Positions 8,836-18,149 of a stretch of DNA of 49,988 nt are shown here, piece by piece. Position numbers and translations under genes: made by a program. This stretch comes from an uncultured Fibrobacterales bacterium. GTDB taxonomy: Bacteria; Fibrobacterota; Fibrobacteria; Fibrobacterales; CAWVXU01. The stretch covers positions 1 through 49,988 of the forward strand of contig CAWVXU010000009.1 in assembly GCA_963934255.1 (NCBI GenBank), read 5' to 3'. The notes below the pieces were generated by a model. The model had not been told where the DNA came from and made no database searches. It saw only the letters and a list, made by a program, of their open reading frames with translations. Within the stretch, counting starts at the first letter, position 1. Each line of letters opens with the position of its first letter.

Positions 8836-10263
8836 ATGAGTAAAAGAACTAAAATTGTTGCCACAGTTTCCGACATGCGTTGTGATGTTGAATTCCTGAC
8901 TGGCTTATACAACCGGGGTGTGAACGTTGTTCGCTTGAATACGGCACACCAAACTCCAGATGCTACCATCGGAGTCATTAAGAATATTCGCAAAGTCTCT
9001 GACAAAATTGCGATCCTAGTAGACACAAAAGGCCCTGAAATTCGTACCGGCCCAGTGCAAAAAGAAGACATTCCAGTCAAGATTGGTGATGAATTCCTGA
9101 TGCGCTATGACGGCGAAGACGTTGCCAACACTCGTGAAGTAGTTCAAGTGAATTACGAAAACTTTGTTGATGATGTTCCAGTCGGCACTACAATACTTGT
9201 AGATGATGGGTACCTAGAGTTAACTGTACTTGAGAAAACACCAAACGGTCTTCGCGTTCGCGTTGAGAACGATGGTGAGATCAAAAAGAAGAAATCAGTA
9301 AACGTACCAGGTGTTGCTACTAACTTGCCATCTATTACAGCTAAAGACAAAGCATTTATTGAAATGTCTATTGAGCAGGGTGTTGACTTCATTGCACACT
9401 CATTTGTTCGTAGCAAAGCCGATGTCCTAGCTGTTCAAAAGATTTTAGATGCCAAAGGCGCTAACGATATCAAAATCATTGCCAAAATCGAAAATCGTGA
9501 AGGTGTTGAAAATCTCGAAGAGATTCTTGATGTGACATATGGTGTGATGGTTGCTCGTGGTGACCTTGGTATTGAAATCCCTGGTGAAGAAGTACCACTC
9601 GCTCAAAAAGAAATGATTGAAGCTTGTGTTCGTCGATCCAAACCAGTCATAACTGCAACTCAAATGCTTGAGTCAATGATCAAAAATCCTCGCGCTACTC
9701 GTGCGGAGACTTCTGATGTTGCCAACGCTATTCTTGATGGAACTGATGCAATTATGCTTTCTGGTGAGACAGCTTACGGTGACTATCCATTTGCAGCTGT
9801 TGAAACAATGGCTCGCATTGCTGAGTATGTTGAAGCTCGTATGGAACAAAAGCCTGAGCGTGTCATCAGAATTGATGCCGAAAGAATTCAGTCTTATGTT
9901 GCAAAAGCTGCAGCCAAGTCAGTATCTGAACTTCAAGTTGGATCAATCGTAATTCCTACACGCACTGGTGGAACTGTACGTCAAGTTTCTTCTTATCGCC
10001 CTGCGGCTCCGATTTATGCTACATGTTATGAGCCTCAAGCATTACGCCAGCTCGCGCTTTCTTATGGTGTTGAAGCTTTCGAAATTGAGAATGATGTTAG
10101 AACTGAAATTGCCAAAGATTCTATAGAGGCTCTTATTCATGATGGTAAGCTCAAAGACGAAGACCTTGTTGCATTTATTATGTCTACTCCAGGTTCAGTT
10201 AATGGCGGAACTAATCAACTAGAGATTAACACAGCTAAAGCGATCATCGAAACTCATTCATAA
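8836..10263 (+). CDS. pyk: Pyruvate kinase
   Basis: RTKIVAT, DTKGPEIRTG, IIAKIEN, MVARGDLG, TATQMLESM and MLSGETA motifs. Start moved from 8788 to the ATG at 8836 (MSKRTKIV). Confidence 0.97.
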   Translation: MSKRTKIVATVSDMRCDVEFLTGLYNRGVNVVRLNTAHQTPDATIGVIKNIRKVSDKIAILVDTKGPEIRTGPVQKEDIPVKIGDEFLMRYDGEDVANTREVVQVNYENFVDDVPVGTTILVDDGYLELTVLEKTPNGLRVRVENDGEIKKKKSVNVPGVATNLPSITAKDKAFIEMSIEQGVDFIAHSFVRSKADVLAVQKILDAKGANDIKIIAKIENREGVENLEEILDVTYGVMVARGDLGIEIPGEEVPLAQKEMIEACVRRSKPVITATQMLESMIKNPRATRAETSDVANAILDGTDAIMLSGETAYGDYPFAAVETMARIAEYVEARMEQKPERVIRIDAERIQSYVAKAAAKSVSELQVGSIVIPTRTGGTVRQVSSYRPAAPIYATCYEPQALRQLALSYGVEAFEIENDVRTEIAKDSIEALIHDGKLKDEDLVAFIMSTPGSVNGGTNQLEINTAKAIIETHS

Positions 10264-10291
10264 TATTATTTGAATAATGTTTCCAAAGTTT

Positions 10292-10325
10292 AAAAGCCGC
10301 ATCCTTATTAGGGTGCGGCTTTTTT
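10292..10325 (+). terminator. Rho-independent terminator after pyk (possibly bidirectional)
   Basis: AAAAGCCGCATCCT-TATT-AGGGTGCGGCTTTTTT. Confidence 0.9.
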
Positions 10326-10584
10326 GTTAGTCTCATAATATGAATACCTGAGGATGAATTACCTGAATCATCGGGTGATATTTTTAAAAAGAGTTTTCGA
10401 TAAGCATTAAGCCGCACTAGATGAATATAGATATTGACCTTGCAGAGAATTTAAGATTACAAGGATATGAATAGACACAAGATTTTTTAGATTAAATTCA
10501 TAAATTCAGCCAAATTGTAAATTTTGCAGGAGTTGATGTTAGGTTGCCAGAGATGAGTTATTTCATCCCCTTCTACGATCTTAA

Positions 10585-11190
10585 TTAGGATAAGATCTCT
10601 TTCATCAGCGCATATTCTAATTGATGTGAAACAAGTCCTTCCCGAAGTATTTGTATTCCCATATTCTCTTCTGTTGTAAGATCGCCATGTTCTATCCGGT
10701 CAACTAAACTCCAAAACTCATCCAAATGCACCCAAGTGAAGTCCATGACTTCAGATGCCTGAATTTGAATTTTGATTTCACCCTCATACTCAACCATGGC
10801 CCCCGAAGTCGCATCGGGCTGAAGCTGTAACAAGTAGATTTCTTGAAACTCCCGGTTTATAAATTTCGGACCATCGTATCCATGTTTCACGCGACCACAA
10901 TACTGCAAATCTTCGGCCGAAATCGAAAGTCCGATTTCCTCATAAGATTCGCGAAGCACAGCCTCCAAAGCTGATTGCCCACTAATTATATGCCCGGCAG
11001 CACTAATATCCCAACGCCCTGGGTTACTTTCACGATCTAGAGCCCTGCGCTGAAGTAGGAGCCTGCCCAGAGAGTCAACCACCCAAAGATGTACCGTTTG
11101 GTGCCATAACCCCTGAGCGTGGCAAATATCACGACTCACCACCTCACCAGTCGCCTGTCCCCATGCATCAAAAGTATCAAGCATTTCCAT
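10585..11190 (-). CDS. NUDIX hydrolase (IDI/YfcD-like)
   Basis: GLWHQTVHLW and LLLQRR; Nudix box WDISAAGHIISGQSALEAVLRESYEEIGL. Confidence 0.88.
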   Translation of the reverse strand: MEMLDTFDAWGQATGEVVSRDICHAQGLWHQTVHLWVVDSLGRLLLQRRALDRESNPGRWDISAAGHIISGQSALEAVLRESYEEIGLSISAEDLQYCGRVKHGYDGPKFINREFQEIYLLQLQPDATSGAMVEYEGEIKIQIQASEVMDFTWVHLDEFWSLVDRIEHGDLTTEENMGIQILREGLVSHQLEYALMKEILS

Positions 11191-11193
11191 AGG

Positions 11194-13326
11194 TTATGAC
11201 TCTAATCTCAAATCATCCAGATAAGCGTTTTTAGATGACAACCAACTTAAACTTGCTTCCTCAGAATCCCAAGGTTTCAGACATTGAAATCCTTCACAAA
11301 GGTAGGCTTGTTTTTTATTACGATTAAAACTCTGCGTATGATCTAAGTCTGGATGTTCAGAGTCTCGAGGGTTCATTTGATAGATAACGATGTTTGGTAG
11401 GTAGCTTGATTTCAAAAGTGCAGAGAACGTCTTAAAATCACCAAGGGTGTCGGGGGCATAGATTAATTCCTGAGCCGGTTTATTGATATCAATTACCGCG
11501 TTCAGTAAAAATGAAAACGAGCTTGGGAAATTTTCAATTTCAAGTCCAGGTGCTTTTAATATGAGTGTCAGATAGTCCAACCATTCAGTCTCACCAGTTA
11601 AGTGACTCATTTTTTGAAAAATAAATGCAAAAACAGAATTAGCCGAAGGTTGAGTTGAATCAAAGACCTCTTTAGACTGAATAAATATTTTCGAATCTTG
11701 TGAATACCTAAACCCACCATTTTTATTATCCCAAAACAATTCCATAGCAAGGTGAATACTTTGCTGAAGTTTAGCTAACCACTCAGTGTCCAAGGTAGAT
11801 TGGTAGGTCTCCCAAAGGCCCCAAATAAAGTAAGCGTGATCATCAATAGTACCTTCAATAATAGTTGAGTCATTTTTTATATGAATTATTCCATTGGTTT
11901 TATGTTCTTCATTAACTGTGTCGCTGTCATTCTCGCGGTCATTATCTTCAATCTTTTCAACTTGAGAATTCTCCCAAATTTCACTTAAAACATCAAACCC
12001 TTTTTGCTTCAAATCAGGCTGGTCAAAAGTATCGCCAGCATTAATAAACGCAACAGCCAGAAGTGAGTTCCAATCAGTCATCTTCTTGGTATCAACCTGA
12101 GGATTGAGACGGATTTTTCTAAAGCTCAAAAGTTTTAGCCTACACAGATTAAACTTTTCAATTTCTAAAGAAGTCAATACCTTATCTAAAGGAGCGTTTA
12201 GCAGCAGATGACTTACTCCACTAGCTTTACCTTCAGGCGAGGGAATATTACCTTGAGGATTGATATCAAATAGTTCACTAAACCAAATGCCATCCATCGG
12301 CCCTAAAGCATTGAAAATCTGATCGGGTTTCCAAAGATAAAATTCACCCTCGTTGAGGTTGGTGTCTGCGTCACAAGCAGAATAATACATCTGAGTATCA
12401 CTTTTGAAATTATTTTCAATAAAGCCTAAGGTTTCAATAGCGATACGTCTGTATGTTTCTTTTTTGGAGTACTTGTAGGCGATGGTATAAGCGTATGCAA
12501 GTAAGGCGTTGTCGTTCAAAAGCTTTTCAAAATGAGGGAAACTCCATTTGTCATCAATCGCATATCTAAAGAAGCCTCCACCTATATGGTCATAGAGTCC
12601 ACGATAAGCCATTTGATCCAATGTTTTTTCTGCCATTTTCCAAGCAACATCTGATTGGTATTGATAAGCGTATTTAATTAAAAACAAAATTTGTTGTGTG
12701 ACCGGAAATTTTGGAGACTTGGTAAATCCACCAGAGATGGAATCATAATTTTCACAAAGCTCTTCAAAACACTGATGAGGTAATTCTTCAAGATTTAATT
12801 TATCATCACCCAAAGGTTTTAAATCTGAAAACTCTCGAATGGCCGCGACGACTCGCTCTGAATCTTCTAGTACCTTTTCTTTTTTCTCATTCCAAACCCG
12901 TGCGGCTTGAGGGACAATACTCATGAGACCAGGCATGCCACGAGCAGCGTTTTTGGGTAGATAAGTTGCAGCATAATAGGGGGTAGCATCAGGTGTGCAA
13001 AAAACATTCAATGGCCAACCTAGGTGACCAGATGTCGCTTGTGCTGCTTTCATATATGCAAGGTCAATATCTGGTCGCTCTTCACGATCTACAATGACAG
13101 CAATAAAATCCCGATTAATTAAATCAGCCACTTCAGAATCATTAAAAGATTCTTGTTCCATCACATGACACCAATGACAACTTGAATATCCAATAGACAA
13201 AAAAATTGGTTTTTGTTCACGCTGTGCTTTTTCCAAAGTTTGCTCAGACCAAGCATGCCAATTGATAGGGTTATTCTGATGTTGCTTGAGATAAGGACTG
13301 GATTCGTATTGTAAATCGTTAGGCAT
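11194..13326 (-). CDS. YyaL/SSP411-family thioredoxin-domain protein
   Basis: SPYLKQH..NP, FLSIGYSSCHWCHVM, VDREERPDID, PKFP, PHFEKLLNDNA and DAD...EG.FYLW motifs. Confidence 0.93.
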   Translation of the reverse strand: MPNDLQYESSPYLKQHQNNPINWHAWSEQTLEKAQREQKPIFLSIGYSSCHWCHVMEQESFNDSEVADLINRDFIAVIVDREERPDIDLAYMKAAQATSGHLGWPLNVFCTPDATPYYAATYLPKNAARGMPGLMSIVPQAARVWNEKKEKVLEDSERVVAAIREFSDLKPLGDDKLNLEELPHQCFEELCENYDSISGGFTKSPKFPVTQQILFLIKYAYQYQSDVAWKMAEKTLDQMAYRGLYDHIGGGFFRYAIDDKWSFPHFEKLLNDNALLAYAYTIAYKYSKKETYRRIAIETLGFIENNFKSDTQMYYSACDADTNLNEGEFYLWKPDQIFNALGPMDGIWFSELFDINPQGNIPSPEGKASGVSHLLLNAPLDKVLTSLEIEKFNLCRLKLLSFRKIRLNPQVDTKKMTDWNSLLAVAFINAGDTFDQPDLKQKGFDVLSEIWENSQVEKIEDNDRENDSDTVNEEHKTNGIIHIKNDSTIIEGTIDDHAYFIWGLWETYQSTLDTEWLAKLQQSIHLAMELFWDNKNGGFRYSQDSKIFIQSKEVFDSTQPSANSVFAFIFQKMSHLTGETEWLDYLTLILKAPGLEIENFPSSFSFLLNAVIDINKPAQELIYAPDTLGDFKTFSALLKSSYLPNIVIYQMNPRDSEHPDLDHTQSFNRNKKQAYLCEGFQCLKPWDSEEASLSWLSSKNAYLDDLRLES

Positions 13327-13562
13327 TATCTATTGGCTCCGAGATGAGGATTGTCTTGGTTGTTCGATTGAGACGCCGCTGACATGGTTTCGATTTTATT
13401 TGACAGTGTTTTTATCGCCTTACGAAACACATCATGTTCAAGGTTCACTTTTGTCAGTACTGAGTTTAATTCATCTAAATCTCGTTGAAGGTGAGAGTTT
13501 TCTTCCTCAAGTGTAGACACTCTATTTGTGAGCTCTTTAAATTCTAAATCTGATATCGACAT
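13326..13562 (-). CDS. SlyX-like coiled-coil protein
   Basis: RVSTLEE...LDELNSVL coiled coil with a C-terminal NPH; its stop overlaps the yyaL start (TAATG). Confidence 0.6.
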   Translation of the reverse strand: MSISDLEFKELTNRVSTLEEENSHLQRDLDELNSVLTKVNLEHDVFRKAIKTLSNKIETMSAASQSNNQDNPHLGANR

Positions 13563-13607
13563 AAATTCTCCTATCTGTTGAATTTAGGAAAATACTACTA
13601 TTGAGTA

Positions 13608-14786
13608 ATGAATTGGAATGACCTTTATAAAATAATTTGCCAAAGAGTTGAGCTTGCTTGCACAGAGGGAGTGATTCCGGGTTGTGTCATCGGGGTGAGG
13701 CATCAAGGAGAGTCTAAAACTTGGGCGTTTGGCGATAACTCCTACTCCAAGGAGCTGTTTGATCAAAGATGGGATGCTAATCCTCCTCGATCTGACTTGG
13801 CCTGTCCGAATTTTCAAGATTCTGCAGAATTCAAAAAACAGTCAGATCATTTGAAAACAAAGGTTTTTACTGATACTATCTTAAGAAAACTCCAAATTTC
13901 AGATATTTACGATTGTGCCTCAGTGACCAAAAGTGTTCCTCTAGCAATATTGGCTCTTTTGGCTATTCAAGAAAAACTAATTTCTCTAGATACATTGGTC
14001 ATAGATGTAGCGCCTCATTTTGGTCAAAACTATCAAGATGTCACAATTTGGCATCTATTAACACATACCCTAGACTTTAGAATGAGCTTAGGGCAAATAG
14101 CCAAAGGCGGTGAGGATGTCATTGCTGCTATAATGAATAGATCTTTTGATGCAGCCCCCGGAGATATCTATTGTTATTCAAACTCAAGCAGTATTGTACT
14201 GGCCGTTGTATTAGAGACGATTTATCAGAGACCACTGGACGAACTTGCTCAAGATAAGGTTTTTAATCCATTGCAAATGACCTCATCTACCTTGGATGGT
14301 AACTCCAAGGCTTTGCCGGTTGAATATTGCCCCTGGCGCCAAGCGGTAGTTCAAGGTCAAGTTCATGATGAAAGCGCCGCAAGTATTTTTCCCAGAAATT
14401 TAGGTGCAGCGGGTCTTTTTTCTAATGTTCCCGATTTAATGAAGTTCTTAGAAGAATTAAGCTTGTCATTTCAAGGCAAAGGCAAAATTTTAACCGCCTC
14501 CACCATTCAATTATTACTTGAGAATCAAATTCCTCTAATTTCTACAACAAGTCTAGGGATGGAATTTCAAGAACCGAGGTTTATGAGCAATAAAGCATGC
14601 CAAGAAAAAACTTTGGGTAAAACAGGATTCACCGGAAGTCACTGGATATTTGCTCCAGAAAAAGACCTCGGACTCGTTTGTCTTTCACAGTACACTTGGC
14701 CCAGACGAATGAGCTCTACAGACACAATAAACCAGTTAAGGATTGATCTATCTGAGATTTTATTTCAAGTATCACAGGTAGGTTGA
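13608..14786 (+). CDS. Serine hydrolase, beta-lactamase (class C-like) family
   Basis: SxxK (ASVTK), LLTHT, YxN (YSN), VHDE, GAAGLFS and GKTGFTG motifs; no signal peptide. Confidence 0.88.
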   Translation: MNWNDLYKIICQRVELACTEGVIPGCVIGVRHQGESKTWAFGDNSYSKELFDQRWDANPPRSDLACPNFQDSAEFKKQSDHLKTKVFTDTILRKLQISDIYDCASVTKSVPLAILALLAIQEKLISLDTLVIDVAPHFGQNYQDVTIWHLLTHTLDFRMSLGQIAKGGEDVIAAIMNRSFDAAPGDIYCYSNSSSIVLAVVLETIYQRPLDELAQDKVFNPLQMTSSTLDGNSKALPVEYCPWRQAVVQGQVHDESAASIFPRNLGAAGLFSNVPDLMKFLEELSLSFQGKGKILTASTIQLLLENQIPLISTTSLGMEFQEPRFMSNKACQEKTLGKTGFTGSHWIFAPEKDLGLVCLSQYTWPRRMSSTDTINQLRIDLSEILFQVSQVG

Positions 14787-14945
14787 ATTACTTGATAATT
14801 AGACCATTCATTCTTTAGAAAACATTCAACTTCAACCATTTCAAAAACCAAGCTCCACAAGGCTAAAGAGTCCATAAAATGGGCGATAATTATGCTAATT
14901 AATTCATCTATATTTTTGGGTAATTTATCTGTAAATAATTAAATT

Positions 14946-14982
14946 CCCCCATAACTCCTTGTTTTTCAAGGAGTTATGGGGG
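14946..14982. repeat. Perfect 16-bp inverted repeat with a 5-nt spacer
   Basis: CCCCCATAACTCCTTG-TTTTT-CAAGGAGTTATGGGGG; no U-tract on either side. Confidence 0.9.
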
Positions 14983-14992
14983 GAGATGAAAA

Positions 14993-15039
14993 ATACCACA
15001 TATGGGTCTTGAAATAATTACTACCACAATATATGGTAG
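14993..15039 (+). promoter_or_regulatory. Tandem NrdR boxes overlapping a sigma70-type promoter (P1) of nrdAB
   Basis: ATACCACATATGGGTC (14993-15008) and CCACAATATATGGTAG (15024-15039) fit acaCwAtATaTwGtgt and start 31 bp apart. TTGAAA (15009-15014)-17 bp-TATGGT (15032-15037) lies between and within the boxes. Confidence 0.85.
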
Positions 15040-15068
15040 ATTTTTATTTTATTTAAATAAAAAATACC

Positions 15069-15097
15069 TTGAGACTATCCTATTTTAGACTAACTTT
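15069..15097 (+). promoter_or_regulatory. Candidate second nrdA promoter (P2)
   Basis: TTGAGA-16 bp-TAACTT(T); the -10 has the same TAnnTTT form seen before several other genes in this window. Confidence 0.45.
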
Positions 15098-15232
15098 CCT
15101 TAACCGGTAGAAGATAATTCTGAGCCGGTAATAATCTTCCTATTAGCTCAAGTGTTGAGGGAGATTCTGGTCGATACAATATCGATAAATAAATTTTTAA
15201 GTTAGGCTGCAAGCCAAGGGGAATAGCGGAAC

Positions 15233-18136
15233 ATGGTTCTATATATTAAGAAGAGAGATGGGCAAAAAGCCTTATTTAATCCAGACAAAATCACAAGTGC
15301 ACTCAAGAAAGCATTTGTAGCGACAAATGGATCAGTGGGTGATAGTGATTTAAAATCAATGACTGATTATGTAATTAATACAATCAACTCTAAATACAGA
15401 GAAGAGTCTGTTCCGTCAGTCGAACATACACAAGATATTGTTGAATTAATGTTAATGCGCGAAGGTCATATGGAAGCAGCCAAAGCTTACATACTTTACC
15501 GTGCTGAACACAAACAGATTCGTGAAACTCAACTACTTGCTGATATCAAAACAAATAAGATCATCGTAGTGACCAAATTAGGTGAAGAAGTTCCTTTTAG
15601 CGCATCAATTATTGAAGCTAAACTTCGCCGTTTGGGTGGTGTTTTACCAAAAATCAACTTAGAAGAGCTGATTTCAGATGTTTGTAAAAATATTTATCAA
15701 AAAATGCCACTTTCTGAAGTAGATGATTTAGTGACTAACGTTGTCAAACAACGTATCGAATCTCACTATAACTACTCATACCTATGCTCGCGCATCGTAC
15801 TTGATAGCCTTTATTCAAATATTTTGAAGACTGAATACGCATCACCTCTCCTTAAAAACGAGTATGCCGACAAGTTCCCAGCCTACCTTGAACAAGGTAT
15901 TGAGCTTCAGCTTCTCAACCCAGAGCTAGTAGAAAAATTTGATCTAAAAGAAATTAGCGAAGCGATTGTCCCCGAACGTGATAACTTATTCTTGTATTTA
16001 GGTGTTCAAACTATTTTTGACCGTTACCTACTTCGCGAACGCGAAGGAGTTCAAAACGCATTTGAGCTTCCACAATGGATGTGGATGCGTGTTTCAATGG
16101 GGCTTGCGCTTCTTGAAGACGAACCAACTAAACGCGCCATAGAATTCTACACTGAACTTTCTCAGTTAAATGTTGTGAGTTCAACTCCGACACTATTTAA
16201 TTCTGGTACAACTCACTCACAAATGTCTTCTTGTTATTTGAACACTGTTTCAGACTCAATGGAAGGTATCTTCAAAAATTTCTCTGATGATGCTCAACTG
16301 TCCAAATGGGCCGGTGGTATTGGTACTGATTGGACATCTGTTCGTGCAAAAGGTGCTCAGATACATGGTACTAACGGCAAATCACAAGGCGTGGTTCCAT
16401 TTCTTAAGATTTTCAATGATGTGGCCTTGGCAGTCAATCAGGGTGGCAAGCGCAAAGGCGCGATGGCTGCATACCTTGAAGTCTGGCATTTAGACATTGA
16501 AGAGTTTTGTGAATTAAAGAAAAACACTGGTGATGAACGTCGTCGTACTCATGATATTCACACTGCAGTTTTCATTAATGATCTTTTCATGAAAAGAGTT
16601 CAAGAGCGTGGTAAATGGACACTTTTCTCCCCAGATACAGTGCCAGAGCTTCAAAACTCTTATGGTCGTAAATTCAATGAACTCTACGAACATTATGAGC
16701 ATTTAGATATCCCTGGTGCCAAAACAATGGACGCATCTGAGATTTGGCGCAAGATCTTAACCATGCTTTATGAGACTGGTCACCCTTGGATCACATTCAA
16801 AGATCCTTGTAATGTGAGATCCCCACAAGACCACAGAGGTGTTGTTCGCAATTCAAATCTTTGTACTGAGATTACTCTCAATACTTCAGAAGAAGAAACT
16901 GCAGTTTGTAATCTCGCTTCGATCAATATGTCTAAAATGGTCAAAGATAAAGCCCTAGACGAAGACAAAATCAAACGTACCGCAACAGTGGCCATGCGCA
17001 TGCTAGACAATGTTGTTGATAATAATTTCTACCCAATCCCAGAAGCGAAGCATTCAAATATGCAACATCGCCCTGTAGGACTTGGTATGATGGGCTATCA
17101 AGATGCTCTTTATCAAATGGAAATTGATTTTGATTCAGAAGAAAATCTTGAGTTTGCCGATCAATCTATGGAGCTTATTTCTTATGCAGCTATTTTGGCT
17201 TCTTCGAATTTAGCCAAAGAGCGTGGAGCTTACGAAAGTTATAAGGGTTCTAAATGGGATCGTGATCTCATGCCTCTTGACACAGTTGATCTTCTTGAAC
17301 AAGAGCGTGGTAGTGAAATTAAAGTTCCTCGTACTTCTCGCTACGATTGGACGCCAGTGCGTGAATCAATCAAAGCTCATGGTATGAGAAACTCAAACTG
17401 TATGGCTATTGCACCAACTGCAACGATTTCAAATATCGCTGGTACAGTTCCCTGTGTTGAGCCGACTTACAAAAACATTTACATGAAAGAAAACCTCTCA
17501 GGTAACTTCCTTGTAGTCAATAAATTTCTTGTAGATGCTCTTGATGAAGAAGGCGTTTGGAATGAAAAAATTCTCACTAAAATCAAAATTCAAAATGGAT
17601 CAGTGATTGATGTTGATGATATTCCAGTGGCTCTACGCCGTCGCTTTAAAGAAACATTTGAGATTGATCCAGTGTGGATTCTTAAAGCTGCCGCCCGTCG
17701 TGCGAAATGGATTGATCAATCTGCATCAACCAACATTTTCTTAAAAACCACATCAGGGCGTATCTTAGCAGAGACATACATGATGGCTTGGGAAATGGGA
17801 CTAAAAACAACTTACTACTTAAGAACTTTAGCAGCGTCACAAGTGACTAAAACTATTGGAATTGAGCAAGCTGAAACACAACCCACTCCAGTTTCTGAAA
17901 TAACAAATCAAGACTCGGTTGCTGTTGGAATCTCAGCACAAAAATCGCCAGCACCAGCTCCAGAGCCAGCAATGGCAATGGCAATGGCATCAGCATCAGC
18001 ATCTAAACAAGAGTCAGTAATAGCATCAGGTGAGCCTAAAGGTTCTAGCTGCCCAGTGCCAGCGCCAACAGCAACTTTAAACAATGATATGCAGTTTTGT
18101 AGTATCACTGATCCCGACTGCGAAGCATGTCAATAA
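15233..18136 (+). CDS. nrdA: Class Ia ribonucleotide reductase alpha subunit with N-terminal ATP cone(s)
   Basis: IKKRDG ATP cone plus a degenerate second cone; TPTLFNSG, SSCYL, NSNLCTEI, VCNLAS, AIAPTATIS and KTTYYLR motifs; C-terminal CEACQ. Confidence 0.97.
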   Translation: MVLYIKKRDGQKALFNPDKITSALKKAFVATNGSVGDSDLKSMTDYVINTINSKYREESVPSVEHTQDIVELMLMREGHMEAAKAYILYRAEHKQIRETQLLADIKTNKIIVVTKLGEEVPFSASIIEAKLRRLGGVLPKINLEELISDVCKNIYQKMPLSEVDDLVTNVVKQRIESHYNYSYLCSRIVLDSLYSNILKTEYASPLLKNEYADKFPAYLEQGIELQLLNPELVEKFDLKEISEAIVPERDNLFLYLGVQTIFDRYLLREREGVQNAFELPQWMWMRVSMGLALLEDEPTKRAIEFYTELSQLNVVSSTPTLFNSGTTHSQMSSCYLNTVSDSMEGIFKNFSDDAQLSKWAGGIGTDWTSVRAKGAQIHGTNGKSQGVVPFLKIFNDVALAVNQGGKRKGAMAAYLEVWHLDIEEFCELKKNTGDERRRTHDIHTAVFINDLFMKRVQERGKWTLFSPDTVPELQNSYGRKFNELYEHYEHLDIPGAKTMDASEIWRKILTMLYETGHPWITFKDPCNVRSPQDHRGVVRNSNLCTEITLNTSEEETAVCNLASINMSKMVKDKALDEDKIKRTATVAMRMLDNVVDNNFYPIPEAKHSNMQHRPVGLGMMGYQDALYQMEIDFDSEENLEFADQSMELISYAAILASSNLAKERGAYESYKGSKWDRDLMPLDTVDLLEQERGSEIKVPRTSRYDWTPVRESIKAHGMRNSNCMAIAPTATISNIAGTVPCVEPTYKNIYMKENLSGNFLVVNKFLVDALDEEGVWNEKILTKIKIQNGSVIDVDDIPVALRRRFKETFEIDPVWILKAAARRAKWIDQSASTNIFLKTTSGRILAETYMMAWEMGLKTTYYLRTLAASQVTKTIGIEQAETQPTPVSEITNQDSVAVGISAQKSPAPAPEPAMAMAMASASASKQESVIASGEPKGSSCPVPAPTATLNNDMQFCSITDPDCEACQ
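17947..18004 (+). repeat. Hexamer microrepeats in the nrdA C-terminal linker (PAPAPEP-AMAMAM-ASASAS)
   Basis: CCAGCA-like units, then (GCAATG)3, then GCATCA GCATCA GCATCT. Confidence 0.85.
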
Positions 18137-18149
18137 TATTGAGGAAAAA

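Noticed and set aside
10326..10584. ncRNA in the pyk-NUDIX gap
   Set aside because: Only weak, scattered hairpins (near 10353-10380 and 10550-10570); no recognisable family or promoter-terminator pair.
13608..14786. Antibiotic-resistance beta-lactamase
   Set aside because: No signal peptide; the motifs fit the broad cytoplasmic serine hydrolase group.
15100..15232. Cobalamin or purine/2'-dG riboswitch
   Set aside because: No B12-box or purine aptamer consensus is recognisable; kept only as an unclassified candidate leader.
15233..18136. Intein or intron in nrdA
   Set aside because: Catalytic motifs are normally spaced, and no C...HN splice motifs or homing endonuclease signature are seen.
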